From: Macrostomum lignano
Taxonomy: Eukaryota
DNA: 64,000 nt
Direction: 5' to 3'
NCBI GenBank assembly: GCA_002269645.1
Contig: NIVC01000164.1
Coordinates: forward strand, 1 to 64,000
Within the stretch, counting starts at the first letter, position 1; each line of letters opens with the position of its first letter. The notes under the pieces were generated by a model, which did not search any database, was not told the DNA's origin, and saw nothing but the letters and a program-made list of their open reading frames with translations. Shown here piece by piece: positions 18,025-38,296 of the stretch. Made by a program: the position numbers and the translations under genes.

Positions 18025-18785
18025 AGCTTTTGGCAGCCTTTTTGGGCTTACGTGCGTTTAATTTAATCCAAGATACGTTTGCCAATGAAGTGGAGCTTTT
18101 GTCTATGGTAGCAAGGCTGGCACAGCGGCATTTAACTTGGTCGAACATGCATCAATTTGGTCCATAGCTTCATTTGCAACTGTTACGGAGGATCAAGATC
18201 AGCCCCAGAATTGTGGACCATACGCTGGGCTGTCAAACGAATGTCATTGGCTTGAGATCAAAGCACTCGACAGAGGTGAACACCCAAAGGACATTACAAG
18301 GTTGCTGAATGTAAAAAAGATGGTTTACAGCATCCATCAGCGCGTTGAAACCACTGCCGGCAGAGGTCGCCAGTGACAGGGTGGCAATTGCCAAGGCAAG
18401 TTGCGAGAGCCTCAGGTCCAACTGCTACTCGATGCAGTTGAGACGAACCCTTTGTTGACGGTGCAGAAAATGCAGCAGAAGTTGAAGGAACAGTTCCAGT
18501 TGGTTATCAGATTTGGAATATCAGTAGAGCTTGGAAAGGCGACTGAAAATTGCTGGTAGAGACGCTGACATTCCCGCGGTACGCAACAACCTGCAGACGG
18601 TTGCGAGAAGGCAAGAGTTTGCCGAATGGCTCACGGACGTTTGGACAAAATTGATGCTTGTTGAACCAAATTAAATACCGCGGTGCCAGCCTTGCTACCA
18701 TAGACAAAAGCTCCGTTACATTGGAAAACGTATCTTGGATCAAATTCAACGCGAGTAGGCCCAAATGGGCTGCCAAAAGCTATAT
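18025..18785 (+). mobile_element. Second long-TIR element carrying a decayed Tc1/IS630-type paired HTH
   Basis: 18025-18170 is the inverse of 18643-18785 (GGAGCTTTTGTCTATGGTAGCAAGGCTGGCAC..); interior reads LEIKALDRGEHPKDITRLLNVKK..GRGRQ*QGGNCQGKLREPQVQLLLDAVETNPLLTVQKMQQKL, similar to the 4123 ORF. Confidence 0.7.
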
Positions 18786-18879
18786 TCAAGCACTCATATA
18801 GTTCATTTTCAAAGTCACTGGTGTAGCATATAAACGTTGTATCTGGGGGGATAAAGTAATAAAGTAAAGTTACTTTACG

Positions 18880-19724
18880 ACACGCTAGCGCCGTTCCTCT
18901 TCGTGCTGCTGCTGGACTGGGTGCTTCGGACCGCACTCCCCTCGGCTGACGACGGCTTCCTGCTGCGCAGACGCATCGGTCGCCGCCACGGCGAAAAGCG
19001 CCTAAGCGTGCGCTTGGCTACGCCGACGACCTCGCCCTCCTGTCCTCGTCCGTTGAAGGCACCCAGCGCCAGATCGACAGGCTGGTCGAGGTGGCATCAA
19101 GCGTTGGTCTGATCGTCAACACGCTGAAGACCGAGGTGCTGACTGTGCCGGCCAACATCCCAGCGGACTTGACGTGCCGCGGCGCAGACGGGCAGACGAC
19201 CAAGCTTGCACGCTGCCAGCGGTTCACTACCTCGGTGGTCTGGTGCCCCACGTGGAAGAGGACCTCCGACGGCGCAGAGGACTTGCCTGGGCGGCCTTTC
19301 GTTGGATCCGAGCCGTCCTCCAGTCCGAAGCGCTGCCCGACCGCCAGAGGGCTCGGCTGTGGCAGTCGGTGGTCGAAACCGTCCTGCTATACAAAGCCGA
19401 GACGTGGACGCTGACGGCTACCCCTAGAGCGGCAGCTGGACTCGGCACACTCAGGACTGCTCCGTGCGGCCTTTCGAGCTGACGAGAGCATCGGGACCGA
19501 GGCCCTGTACGATCGGGCCAAGCTAGGACCATCCTGCGCCGGCGGCGACTTCAACTGGCGGGCCACGTGATCCGGGCCGAGGGCTACTGCCCCCAACCTG
19601 TTCAGGACGTCCTGCTGCTCACCTTGCAGGGTCCGTTCAGGCGGGGTCAGGCCCGAACCCGTCGGTACGTGGACTGTGACCTTTGCTCGCAGTGCCGCGT
19701 ATTTTGTTGTTGTTGTTGTTGTTT
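18880..19724 (+). mobile_element. 5'-truncated RTE-like LINE with (GTT)n tail
   Basis: TLAPFLFVLLLDWVLRTAL...YADDLALLSS..GLIVNTLKTEV (RT motifs across frameshifts); (GTT)n 19704-19724; TAAAGTAATAAAGTA on both flanks as probable TSD. Confidence 0.9.
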
Positions 19725-20679
19725 TAAAGTAAAGTAATAAAGTACGAAAAGTAAAGCACAAAGCAGTTTGCGAATGAAAACCGAGCACAACTGAGAAAAC
19801 TGAATCGACTTGTACTTGCTGAGACAGTTGGTGCTTGATTGCCACCATGTTGACACGATTTGATTCACAAGAGCACAGAATGCAGCACTTAAAAAAGGGC
19901 CGTTTTAGCATTTTAAAATGTACAGCAACTACGCTCGTATCCGCAAAAATTTAGTACACCTCTGCTATTCGAAGCGGTGCAGAATCTTAGAGAGTTCGTT
20001 GGAAACAAATTTTTGAAGGTTATTCGAGTTCCTATGCTTTCGCGCCTTATACATGCAGCAAATCAAAATGCGGAAGTCTGGGATAAGTACATGCAACGCT
20101 AGTGGAAAATTTAACAAAAAGATCTCACTAATTTTTAAAAAAGATATTAAATATCGTTAAGTTTAGGATTTTTCACGAGGAAGCTGCTTTACATAAATTG
20201 TAAATTCTAAAAAAAATGCCTCACAGACAAGATGAGAGAATATTTTAACTAGTCATGTTGGCAATTCCAAAAAAAACTCATTTCTAGATTACTCTACCCG
20301 TCCAGACCTGTAAGACAGTGTTCGGGCCTTAAGGCAAGGAACCCGTCTGGCAATGTAAAGGTGCTTTTGCTGGTCTCCCTGGCCGCTGAAAGTGACCATG
20401 AAGGCTGACACCACCCTTATGAGCATTGTAATTTCCCACTCTAAACGAGGCAGCGGCACGTCACAATGATCGGGGATCCCGAGGCCAAAACCTGCCCTGG
20501 GCGGTTACAACACTTTCCTCAATCAGACTTGAAACTTCAAATAATTATTATTTAGTAAAAAACAACTTTACACTGAATAAACGTAAAGAGAATCGGACTA
20601 TTCAAGCTGTAGTTATTGAGCAACGCGATAGTTTTAAGTTGCGCCACCTCCGATTCAGTGAATAGTGGTAGTTCCTCTT

Positions 20680-26886
<6,207 letters not shown>

Positions 26887-27061
26887 CTGGATGGTTGAAA
26901 ATCAGTTGTGGAGGTAAAAATGCATAACAGCGAACACAATCAAAGTGTCAGTCGGATTTGAAGATTTGAAATAGCCAATAGCCGTGCATCGTTACAAAAG
27001 CCATATGCTCAGCACTGTATTTAGTGCCCTGTCACTGTCCAAGCATTAACTATAATACCAC

Positions 27062-30000
27062 TAGCACTGACTGATGACCTAGCCCTTATTGGCGCATGTT
27101 TAGTTAAGTCAAAAACGTCTAGACTAGTGGTTCTTAGTTTAAGCACTGACTGTGATATCCTGTCATATCCTAGCCATGACTGTGATATCCTAGCACTGAC
27201 TGTGATATCCTAGCACTGACTGTCATATCCTAGCACTGACTGTGATATCCTAGCACTGACTGTGATATCCTAGCACTGACTGTCATATCCTAGCACTGAC
27301 TGTCATATCCTAGCACTGACTGTGATATCCTAGCACTGATTGTGATATCCTAGCACTGACTGTGATATCCTAGCACTGACTGTGATATCCTAGCACTGAC
27401 TGTGATATCCTAGCACTGACTGTCATATCCTAGCACTGACTGTGATATCCTAGCACTGACTGATGACCTAGCCCTTATTGGCGCATGTTTAGTTAAATCA
27501 AAAACGTCTAGACTAGTGGTTCTTAGTTTAAGCACTGACTGTGATATCCTGTCATATCCTAGCCATGACTGTGATATCCTAGCACTGATTGTGATATCCT
27601 AGCACTGACTGTGATATCCTGTCATATCCTAGCCATGACTGTGATATCCTAGCACTGATTGTGATATCCTAGCACTGACTGTGATATCCTAGCACTGACT
27701 GTGATATCCTAGCACTGACTGTGATATCCTAGCACTGACTGTGATATCCTAGCACTGACTGTGATATCCTAGCACTGACTGTGATATCCTAGCACTGACT
27801 GTGATATCCTAGCACTGACTGTGATATCCTGTCATATCCTAGCCATGACTGTGATATCCTAGCACTGATTGTGATATCCTAGCACTGACTGTGATATCCT
27901 AGCACTGACTGTGATATCCTAGCACTGACTGTCATATCCTAGCACTGACTGTGATATCCTAGCACTGACTGTGATATCCTAGCACTGACTGTGATATCCT
28001 AGCACTGACTGTGATATCCTGTCATATCCTAGCCATGACTGTGATATCCTAGCACTGATTGTGATATCCTAGCACTGACTGTGATATCCTAGCACTGACT
28101 GTGATATCCTAGCACTGACTGTGATATCCTAGCACTGACTGTGATATCCTAGCACTGACTGTGATATCCTAGCACTGACTGTGATATCCTAGCACTGACT
28201 GTGATATCCTAGCACTGACTGTGATATCCTGTCATATCCTAGCCATGACTGTGATATCCTAGCACTGATTGTGATATCCTAGCACTGACTGTGATATCCT
28301 AGCACTGACTGTGATATCCTAGCACTGACTGTCATATCCTAGCACTGACTGTGATATCCTAGCACTGACTGTGATATCCTAGCACTGACTGTGATATCCT
28401 AGCACTGACTGTGATATCCTGTCATATCCTAGCCATGACTGTGATATCCTAGCACTGATTGTGATATCCTAGCACTGACTGTGATATCCTAGCACTGACT
28501 GTGATATCCTAGCACTGACTGTCATATCCTAGCACTGACTGTGATATCCTAGCACTGATTGTGATATCCTAGCACTGACTGTGATATCCTAGCACTGACT
28601 GTGATATCCTAGCACTGACTGTCATATCCTAGCACTGACTGTGATATCCTAGCACTGACTGTGATATCCTAGCACTGACTGTCATATCCTAGCACTGATT
28701 GTGATATCCTAGCACTGACTGTGATATCCTAGCACTGACTGTGATATCCTAGCACTGACTGTGATATCCTAGCACTGACTGTGATATCCTAGCACTGACT
28801 GATGACCTAGCCCTTATTGGCGCATGTTTAGTTAAATCAAAAACGTCTAGACTAGTGGTTCTTAGTTTAAGCACTGACTGTGATATCCTGTCATATCCTA
28901 GCCATGACTGTGATATCCTAGCACTGACTGTGATATCCTAGCACTGACTGTGATATCCTAGCACTGACTGTCATATCCTAGCACTGACTGTGATATCCTA
29001 GCACTGACTGTGATATCCTAGCACTGACTGTCATATCCTAGCACTGACTGTGATATCCTAGCACTGACTGTGATATCCTAGCACTGACTGTGATATCCTA
29101 GCACTGACTGTGATATCCTAGCACTGACTGTGATATCCTAGCACTGACTGTGATATCCTAGCACTGACTGTGATATCCTAGCACTGACTGTCATATCCTA
29201 GCACTGACTGTGATATCCTAGCACTGACTGTCATATCCTAGCACTGACTGTGATATCCTAGCACTGACTGTGATATCCTAGCACTGACTGTCATATCCTA
29301 GCACTGACTGTGATATCCTAGCACTGACTGTGATATCCTAGCACTGTCTGTCATATCCTAGCACTGACTGTGATATCCTAGCACTGACTGTCATATCCTA
29401 GCACTGACTGTCATATCCTAGCACTGACTGTGATATCCTAGCCATGACTGTGATATCCTAGCACTGGCTGTGATATCCTAGCACTGACTGTGATATCCTA
29501 GCAGTGACTGTGATATCCTAGCACTGACTGTGATATCCTAGCACCGGCTGTGATATCCTATCCATGACTGTGATATCCTAGCACTGGCTGTGATATCCTA
29601 GCACTGACTGTGATATCCTAGCACTGGCTGTGATATCCTAGAACTGGCTGTGATATCCTAGCACTGGCTGTGATATCCTATCCATGACTGTGATATCCTA
29701 GCACTGGCTGTGATATCCTAGCACTGGCTGTGATATCCTAGCCATGACTGTGATATCCTATCCATGACTGTGATATCCTAGCACTGGCTGTGATATCCTA
29801 TCCATGACTGTGATATCCTAGCCATGACTGTGATATCCTAGCACTGGCTGTGATATCCTATCCATGACTGTGATATCCTAGCCATGACTGTGATATCCTA
29901 GCACTGACTGTCATATCATAGCACTGACTGTGATATCCTAGCACTGACTGTCATATCCTAGCACTGACTGTGATATCCTAGCACTGACTGTGATATCATA

Positions 30001-32715
30001 GCACTGACTGTCATATCCTAGCACTGGCTGTGATATCCTAGCACTGGCTGTGATATCCTAGCCATGACTGTGATATCCTATCCATGACTGTGATATCCTA
30101 GCACTGGCTGTGATATCCTATCCATGACTGTGATATCCTAGCCATGACTGTGATATCCTAGCACTGACTGTCATATCATAGCACTGACTGTGATATCCTA
30201 GCACTGACTGTCATATCCTAGCACTGACTGTGATATCCTAGCACTGACTGTCATATCCTAGCACTGACTGTCATATCCTAGCACTGACTGTCATATCCTA
30301 GCCATGACTGTGATATCCTAGCACTGGCTGTGATATCCTAGCACTGACTGTGATATCCTAGCACTGACTGTGATATCCTAGCAGTGACTGTGATATCCTA
30401 GCACTGACTGTGATATCCTAGCACCGGCTGTGATATCCTATCCATGACTGTGATATCCTAGCACTGGCTGTGATATCCTAGCACTGACTGTGATATCCTA
30501 GCACTGGCTGTGATATCCTAGAACTGGCTGTGATATCCTAGCACTGGCTGTGATATCCTATCCATGACTGTGATATCCTAGCACTGGCTGTGATATCCTA
30601 GCACTGGCTGTGATATCCTAGCCATGACTGTGATATCCTATCCATGACTGTGATATCCTAGCACTGGCTGTGATATCCTATCCATGACTGTGATATCCTA
30701 GCCATGACTGTGATATCCTAGCACTGACTGTCATATCATAGCACTGACTGTGATATCCTAGCACTGACTGTCATATCCTAGCACTGACTGTGATATCCTA
30801 GCACTGACTGTGATATCCTAGCCATGACTGTGATATCCTAGCACTGGCTGTGATATCCTAGCCATGACTGTGATATCATAGCACTGACTGTCATATCCTA
30901 GCACTGACTGTGATATCCTAGCACTGACTGTCATATCCTAGCACTTACTGTGATATCCTAGCACTGACTGTCATATCCTAGCACTGACTGTCATATCCTA
31001 GCACTGACTGTCATATCCTAGCCATGACTGTGATATCCAAGCACTGGCTGTGATATCCTAGCACTGACTGTGATATCCTAGCACTGACTGTCATATCCTA
31101 GCACTGACTGTGATATCCTAGCACTGACTGTGATATCCTAGCACTGACTGTCATATCATAGCACTGACTGTCATATCCTAGCACTGACTGTGATATCCTA
31201 GCACTGACTGTGATATCCTAGCACTGACTGTGATATCCTAGCACTGACTGTCATATCATAGCACTGACTGTCATATCCTAGCACTGACTGTGATATCCTA
31301 GCACTGACTGTGATATCCTAGCACTGACTGTGATATCCTATCCATGACTGTGATATCCTAGCACTGGCTGTGATATCCTAGCACTGACTGTGATATCCTA
31401 GCACTGGCTGTGATATCCTAGAACTGGCTGTGATATCCTAGCACTGGCTGTGATATCCTATCCATGACTGTGATATCCTAGCACTGGCTGTGATATCCTA
31501 GCACTGGCTGTGATATCCTAGCCATGACTGTGATATCCTATCCATGACTGTGATATCCTAGCACTGGCTGTGATATCCTATCCATGACTGTGATATCCTA
31601 GCCATGACTGTGATATCCTAGCACTGACTGTCATATCATAGCACTGACTGTGATATCCTAGCACTGACTGTCATATCCTAGCACTGACTGTGATATCCTA
31701 GCACTGACTGTGATATCCTAGCCATGACTGTGATATCCTAGCACTGGCTGTGATATCCTAGCCATGACTGTGATATCATAGCACTGACTGTCATATCCTA
31801 GCACTGACTGTGATATCCTAGCACTGACTGTCATATCCTAGCACTGACTGTGATATCCTAGCACTGACTGTCATATCCTAGCACTGACTGTCATATCCTA
31901 GCACTGACTGTCATATCCTAGCCATGACTGTGATATCCAAGCACTGGCTGTGATATCCTAGCACTGACTGTGATATCCTAGCACTGACTGTCATATCCTA
32001 GCACTGACTGTGATATCCTAGCACTGACTGTGATATCCTAGCACTGACTGTCATATCATAGCACTGACTGTCATATCCTAGCACTGACTGTGATATCCTA
32101 GCACTGACTGTGATATCCTAGCACTGACTGTGATATCCTAGCCATGACTGTCATATCCTAGCACTGACTGTGATATCCTAGCACTGACTGTCATATCCTA
32201 GCACTGACTGTGACATCCTATCCATGACTGTGATATCCTAGCCATGACTGTGATATCCTATCCATGACTGTGACGTCCTATCCATGACTGTGATATCCTA
32301 GCACTGACTCTGATATCCTAGCCATGATTGTGATATCCTAGCACTGACTGTGACATCCTAGCCATGACTGTGACATCCTAGCACTGACTGTGATATCTTA
32401 GCCATGACTGTGATATCCTATCCATGACTGATATCCTAGTCATGACTGACATCCTATCCATGACTGTGATATCCTAGCACTGACTATCCTATCCATGACC
32501 ATGACTGTGATATCCTAGCACTAACTATGATATCCTATCCATGACTGTGATATCCTATCCATGACTGTGATATCCTAGCACTAACTATGATATCCTATCC
32601 ATGACTGTGATATTCTATCCATGACTGTGATATCCTAGCACTAACTATGATATCCTATCCATGACTGTGATATTCTATCCATGACTGTGATATCCTAGCC
32701 ATGACTGTGACATCC
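27062..32715. repeat. ~5.6-kb 20-bp satellite (CTGTGATATCCTAGCACTGA)n
   Basis: Direct; variant units (GCCATGA, GCACTGG, TCCATGA) and an embedded ~75-bp cassette at ~27072, ~27462 and ~28801. Confidence 0.99.
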
Positions 32716-34509
32716 TATGCAAAATTATTTAGTAAATTAATTTGTCTAGAGGCTTACGTGGGCTTGAAACTGCAAGCTACCATGACCATTAGGTACATGC
32801 AGTGCAATGCAAACTTCATTATTTGACTATCGGATCAGGAAAACAGCAAATATCGGTTGATAAATAAGGTTTTAGCTTATCAGATGAGACTCAGATGAGA
32901 TGAGTAAGTTGCTTAATTTTAGGCTCGTAAAATTTAAATAATGTGTCTGGCTTTTTCAATTTTCTGCTTTCGCAATTGCCAAACAGTTTAAACTTAAATT
33001 CGTGCCTTTCAGTTCTAAGAAATTCACATTTTAAACTGGCGCCACCATTTAATTTTTTTGTTTTATTCCCAAAGCGTTTGATTGCCGGATTGTTTAAATT
33101 CAGGCAGAAGCAGAAATACAGCACGTAGTTTGCTACTAAAAGTAGTGCTCTAAAAATAGAACTTCATTTCATGAGTTTTCTTTAAAACCCCCGTAGACAA
33201 CTATTTAAGGCTTGTAGTTATAGAGGAAAAAAAGAATGGAGTGCTAATCTGAGCCAGTTATTTTTGTCTCGCTCGATCTTTACTTTAGCATCCCTTTCTT
33301 TCCACCACGTTCCTTCCTATTGGCTGGTGACATGACAATCTGCGTCCCTCCATAGATCCATTATATTCTTTCCTCCATGGTTGTAGTAAACCACTTGATT
33401 GAAAGTTGAATTAAATTCCATGACTAAATAACAACTAATTTAGATAGATTTAATATGGTTAATAACAATCTTAGAAATTCAGTTCTCTTTCAGCGTTACC
33501 TCTTCCCGATAGCAGTTACTGACATAGCCTTGGATAATGCTCGTGGGTTGCCGATTTTATCCACACCGAGTCAGCTGCAGAAGAGGACTGTAGATCGTTT
33601 CGACCAGTTCTCATCTTTAGTCTTTGGGTGAGTAGAACTCTAAGCCGATTAAGGCCACAAAGCTTTGCAAAAGCAACGCACCATAGTAAGCTACAAAAAT
33701 GTCTAAAATGTAACTTCACTATTGGTATATTAAATTAAGTCACGGCGGCAAATCCTTGGATTTGCCTCCACACTGTACTTTGTGACGCATGCTGTTCAAA
33801 ACAATAGTTAAATTTTGTTTCTAAAAATAGCAGCATATATAAAGGTGGGTGAAGCAATAGCAAAACAATCGACAAGAAGACAGTATCATCTGGGTATACT
33901 CGTACAATCTGCATTGCCTAAATTTGTGGGGGTTATTAGCTCATAGTAATCGCGACTCTAAACGCACAACAAAAAAATCCATTTTTCACCTCGTTGTAGG
34001 TCGAAAAAAATCATTAATTAGTACTCAGCATCTCGTAGTGAAGTTATCGACGGAAGATTGGTCTCGTCGAAGCACGCTTTGCAAGAGACTGATCTTACGA
34101 GCTACTTCAAGTATATTTCTTGCTTCAAATAGCAACTACCTTTTTGAGTTCAGTTTTCGTCGAAAGACACAGTCATGTAAATTCTTCGAGGATAGTAAAA
34201 TTTATAAACTAAAAAATTCACAACCTAGATATGTGTTGCCCGTCACATGCGATGGCTAAAAATATCAGGATTTCGACGACGTGAATTGTTTTGCTAGCGA
34301 GGTTTCGAACGTATGAAATCTCAAACGTGTGCATTTTTTCTTGTGAGAGTCCCCAACTGTGGATAAATGAAACCATTTATAACCACAGCATTAAAGTTGC
34401 TTTTGTCTATGGCAAGAATCATTCAATGTACACAGAGATGCACAAAGCAATCTTAAAGCTGGTTTAATATTTCTATCAATTGTTTTTTTATATCCGACCC
34501 TCCGACCTC

Positions 34510-34995
34510 CGACCCGACCTTCTAGAAAGTAGCGAAAGTGCCGGACAGCCAGGTACAAGGCTAGCAACTCGCGGTCGAAAGCACTGTATTTCTGCTCCGG
34601 AGCACGGAGCTGGCGACTGAAGAAAGCCAGCTGTTGCCAGCCGTTGCCAACTCGCTGCTCCAGAGCGGCACCAATCGCGATGTCAGAAGCGTCCACGGTC
34701 AGGCCGATCGGCGCCTTTGGCAGTGGGTGCCCCAGCATTGCCGCACCTGCCAGGGCCTGCTTAGCATTGTTTAACGCGGCCGTCAGCTCGGGTTTCCAAC
34801 GGACCAGTTTGCCTTTTCCAGCAGTAGCCACATGATTGGGGCGCAGTAGCTGGGCGGCTCGCGGCATAAAGCGATGGTAGAAGTTTACCATGCAGGCGAA
34901 CTCCTGCAGGCCCTTGACGGTGGCGGGCGGTGCAAAACGAGCGACAGCGTCAACTTTCTCGGTGTATGGCGGCAGCAGTTCGGTTGCAGTGACTC
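34510..34995 (-). mobile_element. Gypsy/Ty3 pol fragment: RT thumb + RNase H
   Basis: EKVDAVARFAPPATVKGLQEFACMVNFYHRF...LTVDASDIAIGAALEQ...LAFFSRQL..EQKYSAFDRELLALYLAVRHFRYFLEGR. Confidence 0.92.
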
Positions 34996-36190
34996 CCTGG
35001 CGTGAACTTCGAGGAGATGGCGAGGGGCAACAGGCGGTCCCAATGGCTCACACAAGCAGCAGCCTTCAGCTGGCGCGAGTGGAGATCAGCCTCCGGGCTG
35101 GTGTTACTGTGCGTTACCTCTACCGGTCGACCGCGCCCATTCGTACCTCCGGAGTTTCGCCGCGCTGTTTTTGACGCAATTCACGGCCTCGCGCACACAT
35201 CGGTTCGCAGCATGCGCCATTTTGGTGGCCAAAAAAATTTGTGCGAAAAAATGAACCGAGACGTCACCCAGTGGACCCGGACCTGTGTCGCTTGCCAGAC
35301 AGCTAAAGTCCATCGACACGTCGCCGCACCCATCGAAGGCATCCGGGTCCCCGGACAGCGTTTTGCCTATGTCCACGTGGATCTGGTGGGACCGCTGCCG
35401 CAGTCACAGGGTCTCACTCACCTGTTTACCATCGTTGACCGCTTCACTCGGTGGCCAGAGGCAATTCCCATTACGGATAATTCAGCAGCAGCCTGTATCA
35501 AGCTTGTATCAAACCTCGTTGATCCAGCCTGGATCAACGAGCTGCCCAGAGTGCTTCTCGGCATCCGCACGGCTCCTAAGGAAGATCTGCCAGCATCATC
35601 AGCGGAGTTGGTGTACGGGGCACCTATCAGCGTACCCGGAGAGTGCCTACTGCCCACCCCAGCCGACACTCTGGACTACGACCAGTTCCAGCTGCAAGTG
35701 CGCAGAGCAGTGCAGGCTTTTCGGCCGGTGCCAACGTCGCACCACGCCAGCCGTCCATCTGCTTGGCCCGCGGCCCTCGATACCTGCACGTTCGTATTTG
35801 AGACGGTCGCCTAGCGGCGTTGCAAAGACCGTATGATGGGCCATTTAAGGTCATTGAGCGGGAAGCCAAAGCCTATCTGTTAGATCTAGGCACCCGGAAA
35901 GATCGAGTTAGCGTGGACAGGTTAAAGCCTGCGCTGCTGAACACTGCTGATCCAGTTCCACAGCCGGCGCTACGCCCTCGAGGTCGACCTAGGGTCCTAG
36001 GCGGGCACCAGTCAGTATCGTTTCGCCTCACACCGGTTGGGGAGCTACAGACTCGCCACTTCAGCAGCCAGCCAAGCACACGGATATGACACAGCCAGCA
36101 GCGCCGCCAACCATTGTTCAGCGTCGCTGACAGCCACATCGGCAGTGTCGGCCAGTACACTTCAGCAAGTAGCTTGGTGCTGGGGGGAGC
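34996..36190 (+). mobile_element. Gypsy/Ty3 integrase relic (HHCC, deleted core, GPY/F) followed by polypurine tract
   Basis: IHGLAH...TCVACQ (zinc-binding), HVDLVGPLP..TIVDRFTRWPEAIP, core deletion, QRPYDGPFKVI..VSVDRLKPA; PPT GGGGGGAG 36182-36189. Confidence 0.9.
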
Positions 36191-36364
36191 TGTGTGGCGG
36201 CTAGTCTAATGACTTTTAGTCTATGGCACCACTTTTGCTTTTACGCACGGCGCTACTCTTTTTAGCACAATCAAATATGAATGCAACCCTTTTCCTTCAA
36301 GACTGGCAGTGCACTGCAAGCCGCTAAAATGGGCTGAATAGAATGGATTCTGTTCTCGAATACA
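36191..36364 (+). mobile_element. Probable 3' LTR (start firm, end uncertain)
   Basis: TG immediately after the PPT; ...AATACA at 36364 is only a candidate CA end; no matching 5' LTR found. Confidence 0.4.
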
Positions 36365-36592
36365 GGCCTTTAAGATCAGAAGGTTTTGTTTTAAGATAAA
36401 AGCCGATAGAAGATAAAAAACTAAGTTGTCAAGCTGTCTACAGTCCTCATTTGTGTACAGTCATTTAGTATGTGACCAATTGGCACAAGTAGCTAATAAG
36501 CAGCTTAAGATCAGGTAAGTTCGACTAGCAACCTGTTGCAAGTAAATTCTCTTCTGACGTATTTTTTATTCTTACTCTCTTACATTTATGCC

Positions 36593-36746
36593 CCACTTGC
36601 CCCGGGCGAACGTCTATGGTCTCAGTGTAAATTTCATTTATTTGCATTGGTGCAAATAAACGGTTTATTTCACTGTGCAACTGCTCTTTCGATGCAAATA
36701 AATGAAATTTACACTGAGACCATAGACGTTCGCCCGGGGCAAGTGG
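36593..36746. mobile_element. Short foldback MITE with ~54-bp near-perfect TIRs
   Basis: CCACTTGCCCCGGGCGAACGTCTATGGTCTCAGTGTAAATTTCATTTATTTGCAT and its reverse complement. Confidence 0.88.
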
Positions 36747-37622
36747 TGGATACATCAGTTGCTGTTACTCTTGCTGACTGTTGAAAAGAGTCATGTTAAA
36801 AAGTCCTAAGACTTTTCGGACTCCCCTGGTATAAGTAATAACTAGTGCTCTCTTTATAGTGTACTCTTTTCGCGAAAGTACACACTTGGAGCTATTCGAA
36901 CTAAGCTATACCTTAAGGTAATTGGTCTTTATAAGTCCAATTTTAATTGTCATTTACCTTATGCAAATCTTCAATACGCTTTTGACGTCGTCTTTAAGGC
37001 ACCAATTGTGTTAGGATTATATTCATAATTTAGGATAGAATTGTTACAGGAAGGAATTAACATGTTTAATCTTCCAAGCTTAACTCGTCACGTAGTTGAT
37101 AAATGTGAAAGGAAGATTCTATATATTTATTTTGGGTAATTACTCAAGTAATTATGCATTCAAGGGATATACATGTAAGAGCGCATGAGCAAGAAAATCT
37201 ACTTGAAGCTACTTGAAGTAGCTGCTCCTATTCATTTTTACAGTTTCCGACAAACATTATGTAAATTCGAAAACTGTTTGATTGGGTCGAACGGATTTAT
37301 TTAGGCAGGTTATTTAGTGTTTCGTTTTGACTGATAGTGTACAACATGTACCGGTACCGATAAATGAATGAAAAGTTGACCTACCCAGTGGAAAAAAGAC
37401 TCGGGCCACAGGAGGGGTGTCTGCGTGGCTCGGGCCGAGGGTGGAAATGCACAGATAAATCTGGCTCGACCCAACGTTGGCCCGCCAACAGCCCGCCAGC
37501 GCTTTGCCTCCCATTTTCGCGTCTTTAATTTTTACTCCATTCTACTGTTACACAAAAACACACTTTTTTATCATACTAATTCCACCCACAAATACTAAAT
37601 ACTGTGTTTTTGTTCTTGTTTT

Positions 37623-37775
37623 GTCCGAAGCACCCAGTCCAGCAGCAGCACGAAAAGGAACGGCGCTAGCGTGTGGCCCTGCAAAACTCCTGATGAAGTA
37701 TCGAACAGGTCAGACAGATCGTCCGCCGTCACCACAGCAGCTCGAGTGTCGCAACACAGCGACATGACAGCGTCG
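37623..37775 (-). mobile_element. RTE-like LINE RT fragment, same family as 18880
   Basis: ..DTRAAVVTADDLSDLFDTSSGVLQGHTLAPFLFVLLLDWVLRT. Confidence 0.85.
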
Positions 37776-38296
37776 AAAGTAACTTTTACAAAGTTACTAC
37801 ACTACATGTTTAGAGCACTTCCCGCTCTGTACAAGTTTACTTGAAAATGTTCAATAGAAAAGCAAAGAAAAGCTGTCGATAATTCAGCGAAATCCAACTC
37901 ATCCTTGATCATTATAAAAAGCTTTACTAATACGTGTCACTCCCGACTTCAAAATGATTCGAAGCTAAGTTGTATCGGTTATCGGCATTTGTTACAATTG
38001 CCTGTCCAGCATACTCAATAAGTTAAAATCTGTAGTGCTTTTAGTTAGTGGTAAATTTCTAAGATTTTCCTAAGCTATTTTCAGTGTTCCGTGAGTTGCT
38101 CGTAGCTACGTCTTGTAGCGTCGTAACGACACGAAGGAAGCGCATACGCAGTAAGCCTTTCGGAAACAACTCCGGCTGTTTTTAGATTGTAGCCGGAGAA
38201 AATGAACGGATGCAAATGGAGTCTAAACATGACAACGACGATCAACAACAAAAACAACGAAGGAGTTAATTTTGTTTTGTTAAAGCGAAAAAGAGC

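Noticed and set aside
27062-32715. Repeat with occasional unique-looking insert resembling a CRISPR array
   Set aside because: Monomers are head-to-tail without unique spacers, the insert is identical each time, there are no cas genes, and the context is eukaryotic
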